A DNA stretch of 64,000 nt, from assembly GCA_041494685.1 (NCBI GenBank), contig JBGQBE010000003.1, forward strand, positions 65,641-129,640. Reading direction: 5' to 3'. Position numbers and translations under genes: made by a program. Positions 20,576 to 30,371 of this stretch are shown here, piece by piece. Position 1 is the first letter of the stretch. The number at the start of each line of letters is the position of its first letter. The DNA comes from Dehalococcoidia bacterium. GTDB lineage: Bacteria > Chloroflexota > Dehalococcoidia > DSTF01 > JACRBR01. The notes below the pieces were generated by a model. The model was not told where the DNA came from, made no database searches, and saw only the letters and a program-made list of their open reading frames with translations.

Positions 20576-23413
20576 GTGCCAGACGACAAGCAGCGCCTCG
20601 TCCTCATCGACGGCCATAGCCTGATCTACCGCTCGTTCTTCGCCTTCCAGGGCAGCAAGAACGCGGCGCCGGTCGAGTTCACCATCCGCAAGACGGGCGA
20701 GGTCGTGACGGCCGTCTACGGCTTCACCAGCACGTTCCTCAGCATCCTCGACCAACTCAAGCCGTCGCTGGCGGCGATCTGCCTGGACGCGCCCGGCGCG
20801 ACGTTCCGGCACGAGAAGGACGAGACGTACAAGGCCACGCGCGCCGCGATGCCCGACGACCTGCGCAGGCAGATCGTCCGCATCCGGGAGGTGATCGACG
20901 CGTTCGGCATGCCGACGTTCGAGGCGCCGGGCTTCGAGGCGGACGACCTGATCGGCACGCTGGCGCGGCAGGCGAAGGCGCAGGGCGTCGAGGTGCGCAT
21001 CGTCTCGCTCGACACGGACCTGCTGCAGCTTGTGGAGCCGGGCGTCGATGTGTTCCTGTACCGGCCGTACATGAAGGGCGCGCCGGCGGTGGACTACGAC
21101 GTCGCCGCGGTGGTCGAGCGATACGGGCTGCAGCCGGAGCAGATCGCGGACTTCAAGGGGCTGAAGGGCGACACGTCGGACAACATCCCGGGCGTGCCGG
21201 ACATCGGCGAGAAGACGGCGACGAAGCTCCTGCAGGAGTTCGGCTCGGTCGAGGCGATCTACGCGCGCATCGACGAAGTGACGCCGGAGAAGCTGCGCGA
21301 GAACCTGCGCACGCACGAGGGGGAGGCGCGCCACAGCCTGGACATGGCAACGATCCACCGCGAAGTGCCGGCGACGCTCGATGTCGACGCCTGCCGGCTG
21401 CGCAACTTCGACCGCGGGCGCGTCGAGCAGCTGTTCCACGACCTGGAGTTCCGCACGCTGATGAGCCGCCTGCCGCGGCAGCTCGGCGAGGCGAGCGCCG
21501 CGGCGAAGCCCGCCGCCACGCCGGCCGGGGTCGTCGCCGAGGGCGCATACCGCACCGTCCGGACCGCGAAGGATCTGGCAGCGCTCGTGAAGCGGGCGAA
21601 GGTGGCCGGGCGGTTCGGGCTGCACGTGGAGAATAGCGACGCGAACGGCATGCGCGGCCTGCCGATCGGCATCGCGATCGCCACGGGCCCGGGCGAGGCG
21701 GCGTATGTGCCGGTGGGGCACCATCCCGGCCTCGGCGAGGCGGAGCAGGTGCCGCTGGCGACGGTGCTGGAGGCGCTGCGGCCGCTGCTGGAAGACGCCG
21801 CCGTGCCGAAGATGACACACAACGGCCACTTCGACTTCCTGGTGCTGGCGAACCAGGGTGTCACGCTGCGCGGCATGCGCTTCGACACTATGATCGCCGC
21901 GTACCTGCTGGGGGACGCGAACATCACGATCCAGAACCTGGCGTTCGACCGGCTGAACATGCGCATCCCGGTGCTCCACGACCTCATTGGCAAGGCGGGC
22001 AAGCACCAGCTCGCGATGGCCGCGGTCGCCATCGACACGGCGGCGCAGTACTGCTGCCAGCAGGCCGACGCGCAGCTGCGCGCGGCGGACATGCTGGCGG
22101 CCGATCTGAAGGCGCGCAACCTGTGGCCGCTCTTCGACGACGTGGAGATGCCGCTGATGGCCGTGCTGGCGCGCATGGAGCTGCTGGGCGTGGCGGTCGA
22201 CCCCGAGCCACTCGTTGCGATGTCGCGCGAGATGCACGCCGAGCTGCAGACGATCGAGCGCGAGATCTACGCCGTCGTCGGGCACGAGTTCAACATCGGC
22301 TCACCGCAGCAGCTCTCGCAGATCCTGTTCGACGAGCTGGGGCTCCCGAAGACGCGCAAGACGAAGCTCGGCTACACGACCGACGCCGCCGCGATGGACA
22401 ACCTGCGCGGGCTGCACCCGGTCGTGGACCTGATCATGCGCTACCGCGGCGTCTCGAAGCTCAAGTCGACGTACGTCGACGCGCTGCCGGCGTTGATCAA
22501 CCCCAAGACGAAGCGCATTCACACGACGTTCAGCCAGGCGATCGCCGCGACGGGACGGCTGTCGTCGAACGACCCGAACCTGCAGAACATCCCCGTGCGC
22601 ACGGGCTACGGCAACCGCATCCGCCACGCCTTCATCGCGCGCGACATCGGCAAGGAGCCGATGCTGCTGGCGGCGGACTACTCGCAGATCGAGCTGCGGA
22701 TCATGGCGCACCTGAGCCGGGATCCGGCGCTGATCGAGGCGTTCGTGGCGGACGAGGACATCCACGCGGCGACGGCGGCGAACGTGTTCCAGGTGCCGCT
22801 CGACGAAGTGACCTCCGAGCAGCGGCGGCGCGCGAAGGTGTTCAACTTCGGCGTGCTGTACGGCCTGAGCGAGTACGGACTCTCGACGAAGGAGCGCATC
22901 CCGCGCGAGGAGGCGGCCGAGTTCATCCGCCGCTACTTCGAGAAGTACGCGCGCGTGCGCGCGTGGCGCGACGGCGCGATGGAGTCGTGCAGGAAGCTCG
23001 GCTACGCCGAGACGCTGCTGGGCCGCCGCCGCTACATCCCCGAGGTCAACTCACCGAACTTCCAGATTCGGTCGTCGGGCGAGCGGATGGCGGTGAACAT
23101 GCCGGTGCAGGGAACGGCCAGCGACATCATCAAGGTGGCGATGAACCGCATCGATGACGAGATCGCGGAGCGCGGGCTGCAGTCGCGGATGATCCTGCAG
23201 GTGCACGACGAGCTGATCTTCGAGGGCCCGCGCGCGGAGATCGACGTGGTGCAGGAGATGTGCCTGCGGGTCATGCCGGCGTCGATCGAGATGGTGGTGC
23301 CGCTGAAGATCGATATCAAGACGGGCACGAATTGGGGCGAGTTGGAAGTCGCGCGCGGCCCGCTGCTGTCGGAGGAAGAAGCGGCGCTGGAATTCGCGGA
23401 GGCGGCAGGCTAG
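20576..23413 (+). CDS. polA: DNA polymerase I
   Basis: 945 aa with 5'-3' exonuclease N-terminus, 3'-5' exonuclease domain and family A polymerase motifs (DYSQIELR, QVHDEL). GTG start. Confidence 0.95.
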   Translation: MPDDKQRLVLIDGHSLIYRSFFAFQGSKNAAPVEFTIRKTGEVVTAVYGFTSTFLSILDQLKPSLAAICLDAPGATFRHEKDETYKATRAAMPDDLRRQIVRIREVIDAFGMPTFEAPGFEADDLIGTLARQAKAQGVEVRIVSLDTDLLQLVEPGVDVFLYRPYMKGAPAVDYDVAAVVERYGLQPEQIADFKGLKGDTSDNIPGVPDIGEKTATKLLQEFGSVEAIYARIDEVTPEKLRENLRTHEGEARHSLDMATIHREVPATLDVDACRLRNFDRGRVEQLFHDLEFRTLMSRLPRQLGEASAAAKPAATPAGVVAEGAYRTVRTAKDLAALVKRAKVAGRFGLHVENSDANGMRGLPIGIAIATGPGEAAYVPVGHHPGLGEAEQVPLATVLEALRPLLEDAAVPKMTHNGHFDFLVLANQGVTLRGMRFDTMIAAYLLGDANITIQNLAFDRLNMRIPVLHDLIGKAGKHQLAMAAVAIDTAAQYCCQQADAQLRAADMLAADLKARNLWPLFDDVEMPLMAVLARMELLGVAVDPEPLVAMSREMHAELQTIEREIYAVVGHEFNIGSPQQLSQILFDELGLPKTRKTKLGYTTDAAAMDNLRGLHPVVDLIMRYRGVSKLKSTYVDALPALINPKTKRIHTTFSQAIAATGRLSSNDPNLQNIPVRTGYGNRIRHAFIARDIGKEPMLLAADYSQIELRIMAHLSRDPALIEAFVADEDIHAATAANVFQVPLDEVTSEQRRRAKVFNFGVLYGLSEYGLSTKERIPREEAAEFIRRYFEKYARVRAWRDGAMESCRKLGYAETLLGRRRYIPEVNSPNFQIRSSGERMAVNMPVQGTASDIIKVAMNRIDDEIAERGLQSRMILQVHDELIFEGPRAEIDVVQEMCLRVMPASIEMVVPLKIDIKTGTNWGELEVARGPLLSEEEAALEFAEAAG

Positions 23414-23429
23414 GCAGGACGAGGAACAC

Positions 23430-23897
23430 ATGATGAACGACTCACCCTTCGCCCGAATCGACATTGCGCCCATCTGGGCGCACTTCAACGACGACTTGAT
23501 ACGCCTCGTCGACTACGTGCCCGACGACAAGATGAACTGGTCGCCGAAGCCGGAGCTCTGGAACTTCCGCGGCATCTTGCTGCACGTCGCTGCGACGCGA
23601 GACGGTTGGCTGGGCAGGGACGTGAAGGATGGCATCGAGGCGCCGGACGTGTGGCGGACCGTGCGGACCAAATCCGAGATCCAACAGGCGTACCGGCGGA
23701 CGTGGGAGCGACTAGAACTCTTCCTGCGCGACGAGGAGAAACTCGACGCGCGTTACGCTCGGGCCGACAACGGCGAACCGATCAGCGGACACTGGATCGC
23801 GTTCCACCTGCTGGAGCACGACATCCACCATCGCGCCGATATCTTCCACTACCTCGCCCTCCTCGGCATCGAGACGCCGGACGTAGGTACGCCGTGA
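23430..23897 (+). CDS. DinB/YfiT-like (DinB_2) metal-dependent four-helix-bundle protein
   Basis: His triad pattern LLHVAATRD...HLLEHDIHHRADIF. Confidence 0.6.
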   Translation: MMNDSPFARIDIAPIWAHFNDDLIRLVDYVPDDKMNWSPKPELWNFRGILLHVAATRDGWLGRDVKDGIEAPDVWRTVRTKSEIQQAYRRTWERLELFLRDEEKLDARYARADNGEPISGHWIAFHLLEHDIHHRADIFHYLALLGIETPDVGTP

Positions 23898-23906
23898 ACT
23901 ACGCTC

Positions 23907-24821
23907 GTGCCTGAGTTACCCGAAGTCGAAACCGTCCGCCGCGATCTCGAGGCGCGGATCATCGGCCGCCGCATCACGGCGGCGCACGTGTCGCCGGAGG
24001 CGCCGCGGCTGGTGCAGCTGCTGACGCCGCGCGAGTTCTGCCGCCAGCTCGTCGGCCGGCGCGTGACAGGGCTGCGGCGTCGCGGCAAGTATTTGATCAT
24101 CGACCTCGACGACGGGCGGGCCTGGGTGCTGCACCGCCGCATGTCCGGGAACGTGCTGTACCGCATGCCCGCGGATCCGCCCGACGACTACACCCGCGCC
24201 GTCTTCGCGCTCGACGACGGCCACGAGCTGCGGTGGACGGATCTGCGCAAGTTCGGGACGATGTGGGTCGTCGAGGATGCCACCATGGTGATGGAGTCGC
24301 TGGGACCGGAGCCGCTCGATGCCGCGTTCACGCCGGAGGTGCTGCGCGCGCGCGCGGGCGGCCGCTCGGCGCCGATCAAGTCGGTGGTGCTGGACCAGTC
24401 GGTGCTGGCGGGCATGGGCAACCTCTACACCGACGAGGCGTTGCACCACGCCGGTATCCATCCGTTGCGCCCGGCGAACAAGTTGAAGCCAGACGACTGG
24501 GCGCGGCTGCACGCGGGCATCGTCGAGGTGCTGCGGATGGGCATCGAGGGGCGCGGCAGCAGCCTGGGCACGACGCTGCGCGACCACATCAACGTCAACG
24601 GTGAACCAGGGCAGAACCAGGAGACGGTACGCGCCTACGGCCGCGAGGGTGCGCCGTGCTACGGCTGCGGCACGCCGATGCGCCGGATCAAGGTGGGGGG
24701 CCGCGGCAGCGTCTTCTGCCCGAAGTGCCAGCCCGCGCCGCGCGGCGCCGCAGCGCGCGCGCCGGCGGCGAAGCGTGCACGGAAGCCGCGCATGCACGCG
24801 CGTGGCATCGGCGGGGCGTAG
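23907..24821 (+). CDS. mutM: Formamidopyrimidine-DNA glycosylase
   Basis: N-terminus (M)PELPEVE; C-terminal zinc finger CYGCG...CPKCQ. GTG start. Confidence 0.9.
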   Translation: MPELPEVETVRRDLEARIIGRRITAAHVSPEAPRLVQLLTPREFCRQLVGRRVTGLRRRGKYLIIDLDDGRAWVLHRRMSGNVLYRMPADPPDDYTRAVFALDDGHELRWTDLRKFGTMWVVEDATMVMESLGPEPLDAAFTPEVLRARAGGRSAPIKSVVLDQSVLAGMGNLYTDEALHHAGIHPLRPANKLKPDDWARLHAGIVEVLRMGIEGRGSSLGTTLRDHINVNGEPGQNQETVRAYGREGAPCYGCGTPMRRIKVGGRGSVFCPKCQPAPRGAAARAPAAKRARKPRMHARGIGGA

Positions 24822-24869
24822 CCGCAGCGTGACGGCGCCGGCCACGCGCGTCCGCTACACTCTCCCGCG

Positions 24870-25856
24870 ATGAGCGAAGGCGCGATCACCGACGTCCCCG
24901 GCATCCGCGTAGGCCACTGGAGCGACCGCCGCGCCATCACGGGCTGCACGGTCGTCCTGCCGGATCGCCCGGCGGTCGCCGGCGTGGACGTGCGCGGCGG
25001 TGCGCCCGGCACGCACGAGACCGACCTGTTGCGGCCGGGCAACCTGGTGCAGCAGGTACACGCGGTCATGCTTGCCGGCGGCAGCGCCTACGGGCTCGAG
25101 GCCGTGTCCGGCGTGATGCGCTGGCTGCGCGAGCGGAACCGCGGCTTCTCGTTCGGGCGCGGCGTCGTGCCGATCGTGCCGGCGGCGATCCTGTTCGACC
25201 TGGGCATCGGCCGCCACGACCGATGGCCCACCGCCGACGCGGGCTACCGCGCGACGGCCGCGGCGCGGCGCACGACGCCTGAGGGCAACGTCGGCGCCGG
25301 TACGGGTGCCACGGTCGGCAAGGCGCTGGGGCCGGAGCGCGCGATGAAGGGCGGCATCGGCACGGCTAGCGAGTGCGCGTACAACGGCCTGATCGCGGGC
25401 GCCCTGGCTGCGGTGAACGCCGCCGGCGACGTCGTCGATCCCGACGGCGGGCGGATCCTCGCCGGCGCGCGCGACGAGCGCGGCGGCTTCGCCGACGCGG
25501 TGGAGGTGCTGCGCGCGGGGCGGCTGTGGCAGCCGGAGGTCGCGGAGCAGAACACGGTGCTGGTCGTCGTCGCGACGAACGCCGCGCTGACGAAGGAGCA
25601 GGCCAACCGGCTCGCGACGGTGTGCCACGACGGACTGGCGCGCGCGGTGCGGCCGGCGCACACGCCCAGCGACGGCGACGTCGTGTTCACGCTGGCGACG
25701 GGCAGCCACGTGATGGATGGCGCGGACTACCGCATCGTCGAGGCGCTGGCGACGCGCGCGGTGGAGCGCGCGATCGTGCGCGGCGTGCTGACGGCGGAGT
25801 CGCTAGGCGGCTATCCCACCGCGCGCGATATCGCCGCGCCGAAGCGGCGACGTTAG
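24870..25856 (+). CDS. P1/S58-family peptidase (DmpA/L-aminopeptidase-like)
   Basis: DmpA-like N-terminus (GIRVGHWSD...TGCTVVL) and conserved Gly/Ser region. Confidence 0.7.
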   Translation: MSEGAITDVPGIRVGHWSDRRAITGCTVVLPDRPAVAGVDVRGGAPGTHETDLLRPGNLVQQVHAVMLAGGSAYGLEAVSGVMRWLRERNRGFSFGRGVVPIVPAAILFDLGIGRHDRWPTADAGYRATAAARRTTPEGNVGAGTGATVGKALGPERAMKGGIGTASECAYNGLIAGALAAVNAAGDVVDPDGGRILAGARDERGGFADAVEVLRAGRLWQPEVAEQNTVLVVVATNAALTKEQANRLATVCHDGLARAVRPAHTPSDGDVVFTLATGSHVMDGADYRIVEALATRAVERAIVRGVLTAESLGGYPTARDIAAPKRRR

Positions 25857-25998
25857 GGCAGACTTGGCGAGTCCCACGGCGTCGTAGCGATGCCGCGAGC
25901 GGAGCACGCCGTGGGGTTCAGGAACGCGCACGACTGTGCCCTGGTGTGCGTCCGATGCGAGTCCCGCCGTGGGGTATCATCGAGCTGAGGCACGCACG

Positions 25999-27000
25999 AT
26001 GGAACATCCCATCACACTCGCGATCGCAGGCGACGTCATGCTCGGCAGGATGGTGAACGACACCATCGCGATGCGAGGGTTCGCGTACCCCTGGGGCGAC
26101 GCCCGGACCGCCCGCGACCGCGCAGATCTGTTTCTCGTCAATTTGGAGTGCGCGCTCACTTCGAGCACCGGTCGCTGGTTCGACGGCCGGGAGAAGGCGT
26201 TCTACTTCCGCGCTGAACCGTCGGTCGTCGAGACGCTCAAGCTGGGGCGTGTGGACTTCGTCTCGCTCGCCAACAACCACGCCGGCGATTACGGACATGC
26301 GGGGCTCCTGGAGACGGTGCGCGCGCTCGATGAGGCGGGCATCGCCCATGCCGGCGCTGGCGCCACGCGCCAGGCGGCCGCGGCTCCCGCGTACCTCACC
26401 TCAAACGGCGCGCGCGTCGGCATCGTCGCGTTCGCTGATCATCCGCAGGAGTGGGCGGCCACCGATCAAACGCCCGGAATCAACTTCACGAGCGTGGACC
26501 GCCCACTTGCGGACGTGCGCGACGCAATTGCTGAAGCGCGCGGACACGCCGATGTGGTCGTCTTCTCAATACACTGGGGGCCAAACATGCGAGCGCGTCC
26601 ATCCGAGGACTTCCAGGACTTCGCGCGGCAGGTCATCGATGCGGGGGCGGACGTCTTTTGGGGCCACAGCGCGCATGTCGTGCAGGGCATCGAGCTGTGG
26701 CACCGTGGCGTGATCTTCTACGACACCGGCGACTTCATCGATGACTACGCCGTCGACGGCGGGCTGCGGAACGACCTTTCGGCGCTTTTCTTCGTGCGCG
26801 TCGCTCCGACGGCCGTGAAGGACGTCGAGCTGCTGCCGGTGCAGATCGACAACATGCAGGTGAACGTGGCGCGAGGGGTCGCGCGCGAGTGGTTTGTGCG
26901 CCGGCTCACGATGCTCTGCGCCGATATGGGCACGGAGCTGCTCGCCGGCACCAGTCCGGACACCCTGGCCATCCGGCCGGTCGCGAGATCTGAGCGCTGA
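25999..27000 (+). CDS. CapA-family (PGA_cap) metallophosphatase-like protein
   Basis: MEHPITLAIAGDVMLGR ... VNLECA ... SLANNHAGDYG matches the CapA family. Confidence 0.8.
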   Translation: MEHPITLAIAGDVMLGRMVNDTIAMRGFAYPWGDARTARDRADLFLVNLECALTSSTGRWFDGREKAFYFRAEPSVVETLKLGRVDFVSLANNHAGDYGHAGLLETVRALDEAGIAHAGAGATRQAAAAPAYLTSNGARVGIVAFADHPQEWAATDQTPGINFTSVDRPLADVRDAIAEARGHADVVVFSIHWGPNMRARPSEDFQDFARQVIDAGADVFWGHSAHVVQGIELWHRGVIFYDTGDFIDDYAVDGGLRNDLSALFFVRVAPTAVKDVELLPVQIDNMQVNVARGVAREWFVRRLTMLCADMGTELLAGTSPDTLAIRPVARSER

Positions 27001-27166
27001 TCGAGCGGGGCCCCCTACTTGGAGCCGATCGGCCTCTCAGCGATGCATCCAGTGGCTCTCACAGGAAGCAAGCTCAGGGCCTATCATTGGGTCATCAGCC
27101 AGATCCCATGGAGACCTGCCGCGCGCCTGCGGCAGCACGCCGCCCAGCAGGTCAAGGAGGAATGCC

Positions 27167-27457
27167 ATGACCGTCGCACGGGTAACCGAGATCTCCGCCT
27201 CGTCGCCGAAGAGCTTCGAGGACGCCGTTCGTGTCGCGATCGCGCGCGCCAGCGAGACGCTCCGCAACGTGCGCAGCGCCTGGGTGAAAGAGCAGCAGGT
27301 CACGGTGAAGGACGGCAAGGTTGCCGAGTTCCGTGTGAACTTGATGGTGACCTTCGTGCTGGAGGAGGCGGCGGCACCCGCAGCCCGCGGCGGGGCGCGC
27401 ACACGTGCGGCTGTTGCTCCTCGGGCCCGCGTGGCGCAGCCGCGGCGGTCGCGGTGA
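27167..27457 (+). CDS. Dodecin family flavin-binding protein with Arg-rich C-terminal tail
   Basis: The ~68-aa core V.E.S..S.S.EDA...A...A..T.R......V..Q...V.DG....F.V...V.F.LE matches dodecin. AAGGAGG lies 6 nt upstream of ATG. A 25-aa Arg/Ala-rich extension is unusual. Confidence 0.7.
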   Translation: MTVARVTEISASSPKSFEDAVRVAIARASETLRNVRSAWVKEQQVTVKDGKVAEFRVNLMVTFVLEEAAAPAARGGARTRAAVAPRARVAQPRRSR

Positions 27458-27671
27458 CGCACGCATCGGCATAACGGCTCACCATTCGCACCGATTGGCT
27501 CTGCCCCCGGTCGTGGCCGAGGTTGGTACCGACTTCGGCGGCTGTGTGGAACGACTCATCGGCTGAACCTGCAGCGAGCCCGTGTTCTCCAGCAGATCTA
27601 CGCGCCTGTGGGCCTCGCCACCGGCGTGCTGGCACCATCGCGCGCCTGTCCCCGACCGCTCGGCGCCGGGT

Positions 27672-29387
27672 TCAGCAGGGTGCCGCGAAGGGCTTGCCGG
27701 GAGCCCACATGTTCCAGGCGGCCGAGTGGGCCCAGGCCTGGGCGGCCTGCGCCCAGTCGTGGAAGAGGGTGTTCTGGCTGCCGACGTCCGCTGACCTGGC
27801 GAGGCCCACGTAGACCATGACGATGGAGAGGTTGTAGTCGGCGCCGTCATCGCCGCGCCACACGGGTGCTGCGATGGTCGCGCCCTGCGGGTCGGTGCGG
27901 GTGACGTCGTAGCGAAGGTAGACGGTGCGGCCGGGCGTCAGGAAGATGTTCTGGAGCGCGGCCTTCGCCCAGTCACCGCCGCACTGGCCGGCGGTGGGCG
28001 CGGCGATCTGGAGCATGCGGATGGTGCGGCCGTCCTGGCACTTGAAGGTCTGGCCATCGATGACGGAGGCGACGACGCAGGGGTCGCCGGGCGGGCGGTT
28101 GAGCTTCACGGAGCGGAGGGCCTCGGCCATGTTGATGCGGCCGAAGCCCGCCCAGCCGGGGGTATCGGCTGGCGGCAGGGGTGTCGCGCTGCTCTTGATG
28201 ATGTCGGTGAGGCGGGCGGGTGAGAGGGTAGGGTCGAGCGAGAGCATGAGCGCGGCGAGGCCCGAGACCTGCGGCGCGGAGAACGACGTGCCGTCACCGG
28301 AGGCCCAGGGGCCGGCGGAGAGACAGCGGAGGAAGATGTTGCAGCGGCTGGCGGGCACGGGTCCGATGATGTGCTCGCCTATCGCCACGACGCCGATCCC
28401 CTGGCCCCAGTTCGAGAACGGAGCGCGGCGGCTCGGATCGCTGAGCGACGCTGCGCCTACGGCAAGTACGTTCGGCAAACGGGCAGGGAACGAGAGGGTG
28501 GCCGTCCCTTCGTTTCCTGCCGCGGCAACGACGAGTACGCCTTCGCTCACCGCCTGGTTGATGGCGTCCGTGATGATCTGGGCGTCCTGGAGGCCGCCGA
28601 GGCTCAGGTTGATGATGCGGGCGCCGTTGTGTGCCGCGTAGAGGATGCCACGGGCCGTCGCGATAGAGTCACCCTCGCCGTGGCAATCGAGCACCTTGAC
28701 CGCCATGATGCGCACGTTCCGCGCCACGCCGACGATACCGGTGTGGTTGGCGGCGGCACCGATCACCCCGGCGACGAACGTGCCGTGGCCGATGTCGTCG
28801 TTGACGTAGCCGTTCGCGGCGTTCTCGCAGCCCGGTGAGCTGTCGCTGACGAAGGAACAGCCGTTCACGTCGTCGACGCAGCCGTTGCCGTCGTCATCGA
28901 CGCCGTTGTTCGAAATCTCACCGGGGTTCACCCAGATGTTGGCCTTGAGATTGGCGTGCTGGACGTCGACGCCGGTGTCGACGACGGCGACGATAACGCT
29001 GGGTGAGCCGGTGGTGATATCCCAGGCGGCGGGCGCGCCGACCACCTGGAGGTAGGCGTACTGGTCGCCGAAGAGCGGGTCGGAGGGCAGATCAGTGGCG
29101 GCGACCGGTGCGATGGGTTCGGCGTAGCGGACACCAGAGACGGCTTCGAGGCGGCGGCCAGCGGCGGTGTCGAGGGCGGGGCCGGTCGCTTCAAGTGCGT
29201 GGAGATCATCGAGGCGGCGGTGGACGGTGTAGCCGAGCGCCTGGATGGCGCGGGCGACGACCGGGAGCGGCCGGGCGGGGTCGACGGTGACGACGACCGA
29301 AACGGTGCCGCGCGGCCGGTCCGGAAGATCCTGCGCTACGAAGATACTTACGACGCAGAGAAGGACGAGCATTGACGAGCGATACAT
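27672..29387 (-). CDS. Secreted S8 subtilisin-family serine peptidase with C-terminal SNase-like (degenerate) domain
   Basis: Asp/His/Ser triad blocks (VVDTGVD, HGTFVAG, GTSFSAPQVSG) and an N-terminal signal peptide. The C-terminal ~140 aa resembles a staphylococcal-nuclease OB fold (VIDGQTF...RMLQIAAPTAG) but lacks the catalytic Glu. Confidence 0.8.
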   Translation of the reverse strand: MYRSSMLVLLCVVSIFVAQDLPDRPRGTVSVVVTVDPARPLPVVARAIQALGYTVHRRLDDLHALEATGPALDTAAGRRLEAVSGVRYAEPIAPVAATDLPSDPLFGDQYAYLQVVGAPAAWDITTGSPSVIVAVVDTGVDVQHANLKANIWVNPGEISNNGVDDDGNGCVDDVNGCSFVSDSSPGCENAANGYVNDDIGHGTFVAGVIGAAANHTGIVGVARNVRIMAVKVLDCHGEGDSIATARGILYAAHNGARIINLSLGGLQDAQIITDAINQAVSEGVLVVAAAGNEGTATLSFPARLPNVLAVGAASLSDPSRRAPFSNWGQGIGVVAIGEHIIGPVPASRCNIFLRCLSAGPWASGDGTSFSAPQVSGLAALMLSLDPTLSPARLTDIIKSSATPLPPADTPGWAGFGRINMAEALRSVKLNRPPGDPCVVASVIDGQTFKCQDGRTIRMLQIAAPTAGQCGGDWAKAALQNIFLTPGRTVYLRYDVTRTDPQGATIAAPVWRGDDGADYNLSIVMVYVGLARSADVGSQNTLFHDWAQAAQAWAHSAAWNMWAPGKPFAAPC

Positions 29388-29445
29388 TAGCGTGTACCAA
29401 GAGGATTGCAGCCGCCTTATCGTCGGCATATGATAGCGCAGCTTC

Positions 29446-30276
29446 ATGTTTCGTGCGGAGGATTTCATGATGAACCTTCAATCTTGGGTACGGGCTCTGG
29501 TGCCACGACGGGTGCGGCCGCGGGCTCTGTCGCTGGCGTTGCTGCTGGGGGTCGGCGCGATGGCGCTGGGCGCGCGGTGCATCGACCGGACGAGCACGCA
29601 CGTGGACGCCGACGGCTACACCCACATCACGGGTGAGATGGTGAACGACTCGGACGTGCAGGGCACGCAGATCATGCTGCAGGGGACGCTGCACGACGCG
29701 AACGACAACGTAGTGGCGCAGAAGACGGCGCCGACCTGCCCGCCCGACACGCAGCCGCACGAGCATACGATCTTCGACATCCGGTTCGACAACCCGAACG
29801 TGCCGCCGTGGACGCGATTTGACGTGCGGCCGATCTCGGGCAGTGCGCAGGCGTCGCCACTGCCGAACCCGAAGGTCGTACTGTTCTCCTCGGATGCCAT
29901 CCGGTTCACGGTGCCGCCCGCGATCCCGGGCTTCCCGATCACGGACAAGGACGTGTTCTTCGCCTTCGACGTGCGGAACCAGTCCGACAACACGTACGCG
30001 GGGGTGCAGGGGTGCGCGGCGGTGTACGATCAGGCGGGCAACGTGGTGTTCGTGGACAGTGCTGAAGTCGTGCAGGAAAATCCCGACAAGAGCGTCGTGC
30101 CGGCGACGCTGGGCCCGCAGCGATTGACTTCGATCTTCTGGCTGGCGAAGGACGTGCCGAAAGGCCCGATCCAGGTGCGGGCGTGGCTGTGGTTCGGTCC
30201 GAAGGGCGCGTCGACGTCGCCGTACCAGTTCGTTTCGACGGGGATGATCACGATCCAGGCGCTTGCCGGGCCATAG
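29446..30276 (+). CDS. Hypothetical secreted protein
   Basis: Signal-peptide-like N-terminus (likely start MMNLQ at 29467). No recognisable motif. Divergent from the subtilase gene. Confidence 0.45.
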   Translation: MFRAEDFMMNLQSWVRALVPRRVRPRALSLALLLGVGAMALGARCIDRTSTHVDADGYTHITGEMVNDSDVQGTQIMLQGTLHDANDNVVAQKTAPTCPPDTQPHEHTIFDIRFDNPNVPPWTRFDVRPISGSAQASPLPNPKVVLFSSDAIRFTVPPAIPGFPITDKDVFFAFDVRNQSDNTYAGVQGCAAVYDQAGNVVFVDSAEVVQENPDKSVVPATLGPQRLTSIFWLAKDVPKGPIQVRAWLWFGPKGASTSPYQFVSTGMITIQALAGP

Positions 30277-30371
30277 ACGAAGGGACGTCAGCGAGGCGAT
30301 CCCCCGCGAGGCCGAGTCACTAAGACTGCCACCATCGTGCACCCCGTCCCGGTTACTATTTCGCCACCCTG

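Noticed and set aside
23895-23909. TACGCT hexamer upstream of the fpg GTG as a third leaderless promoter
   Set aside because: On recounting, the spacer to the GTG is only 1 nt, not 6. fpg starts 10 nt after the upstream stop and is more likely co-transcribed.
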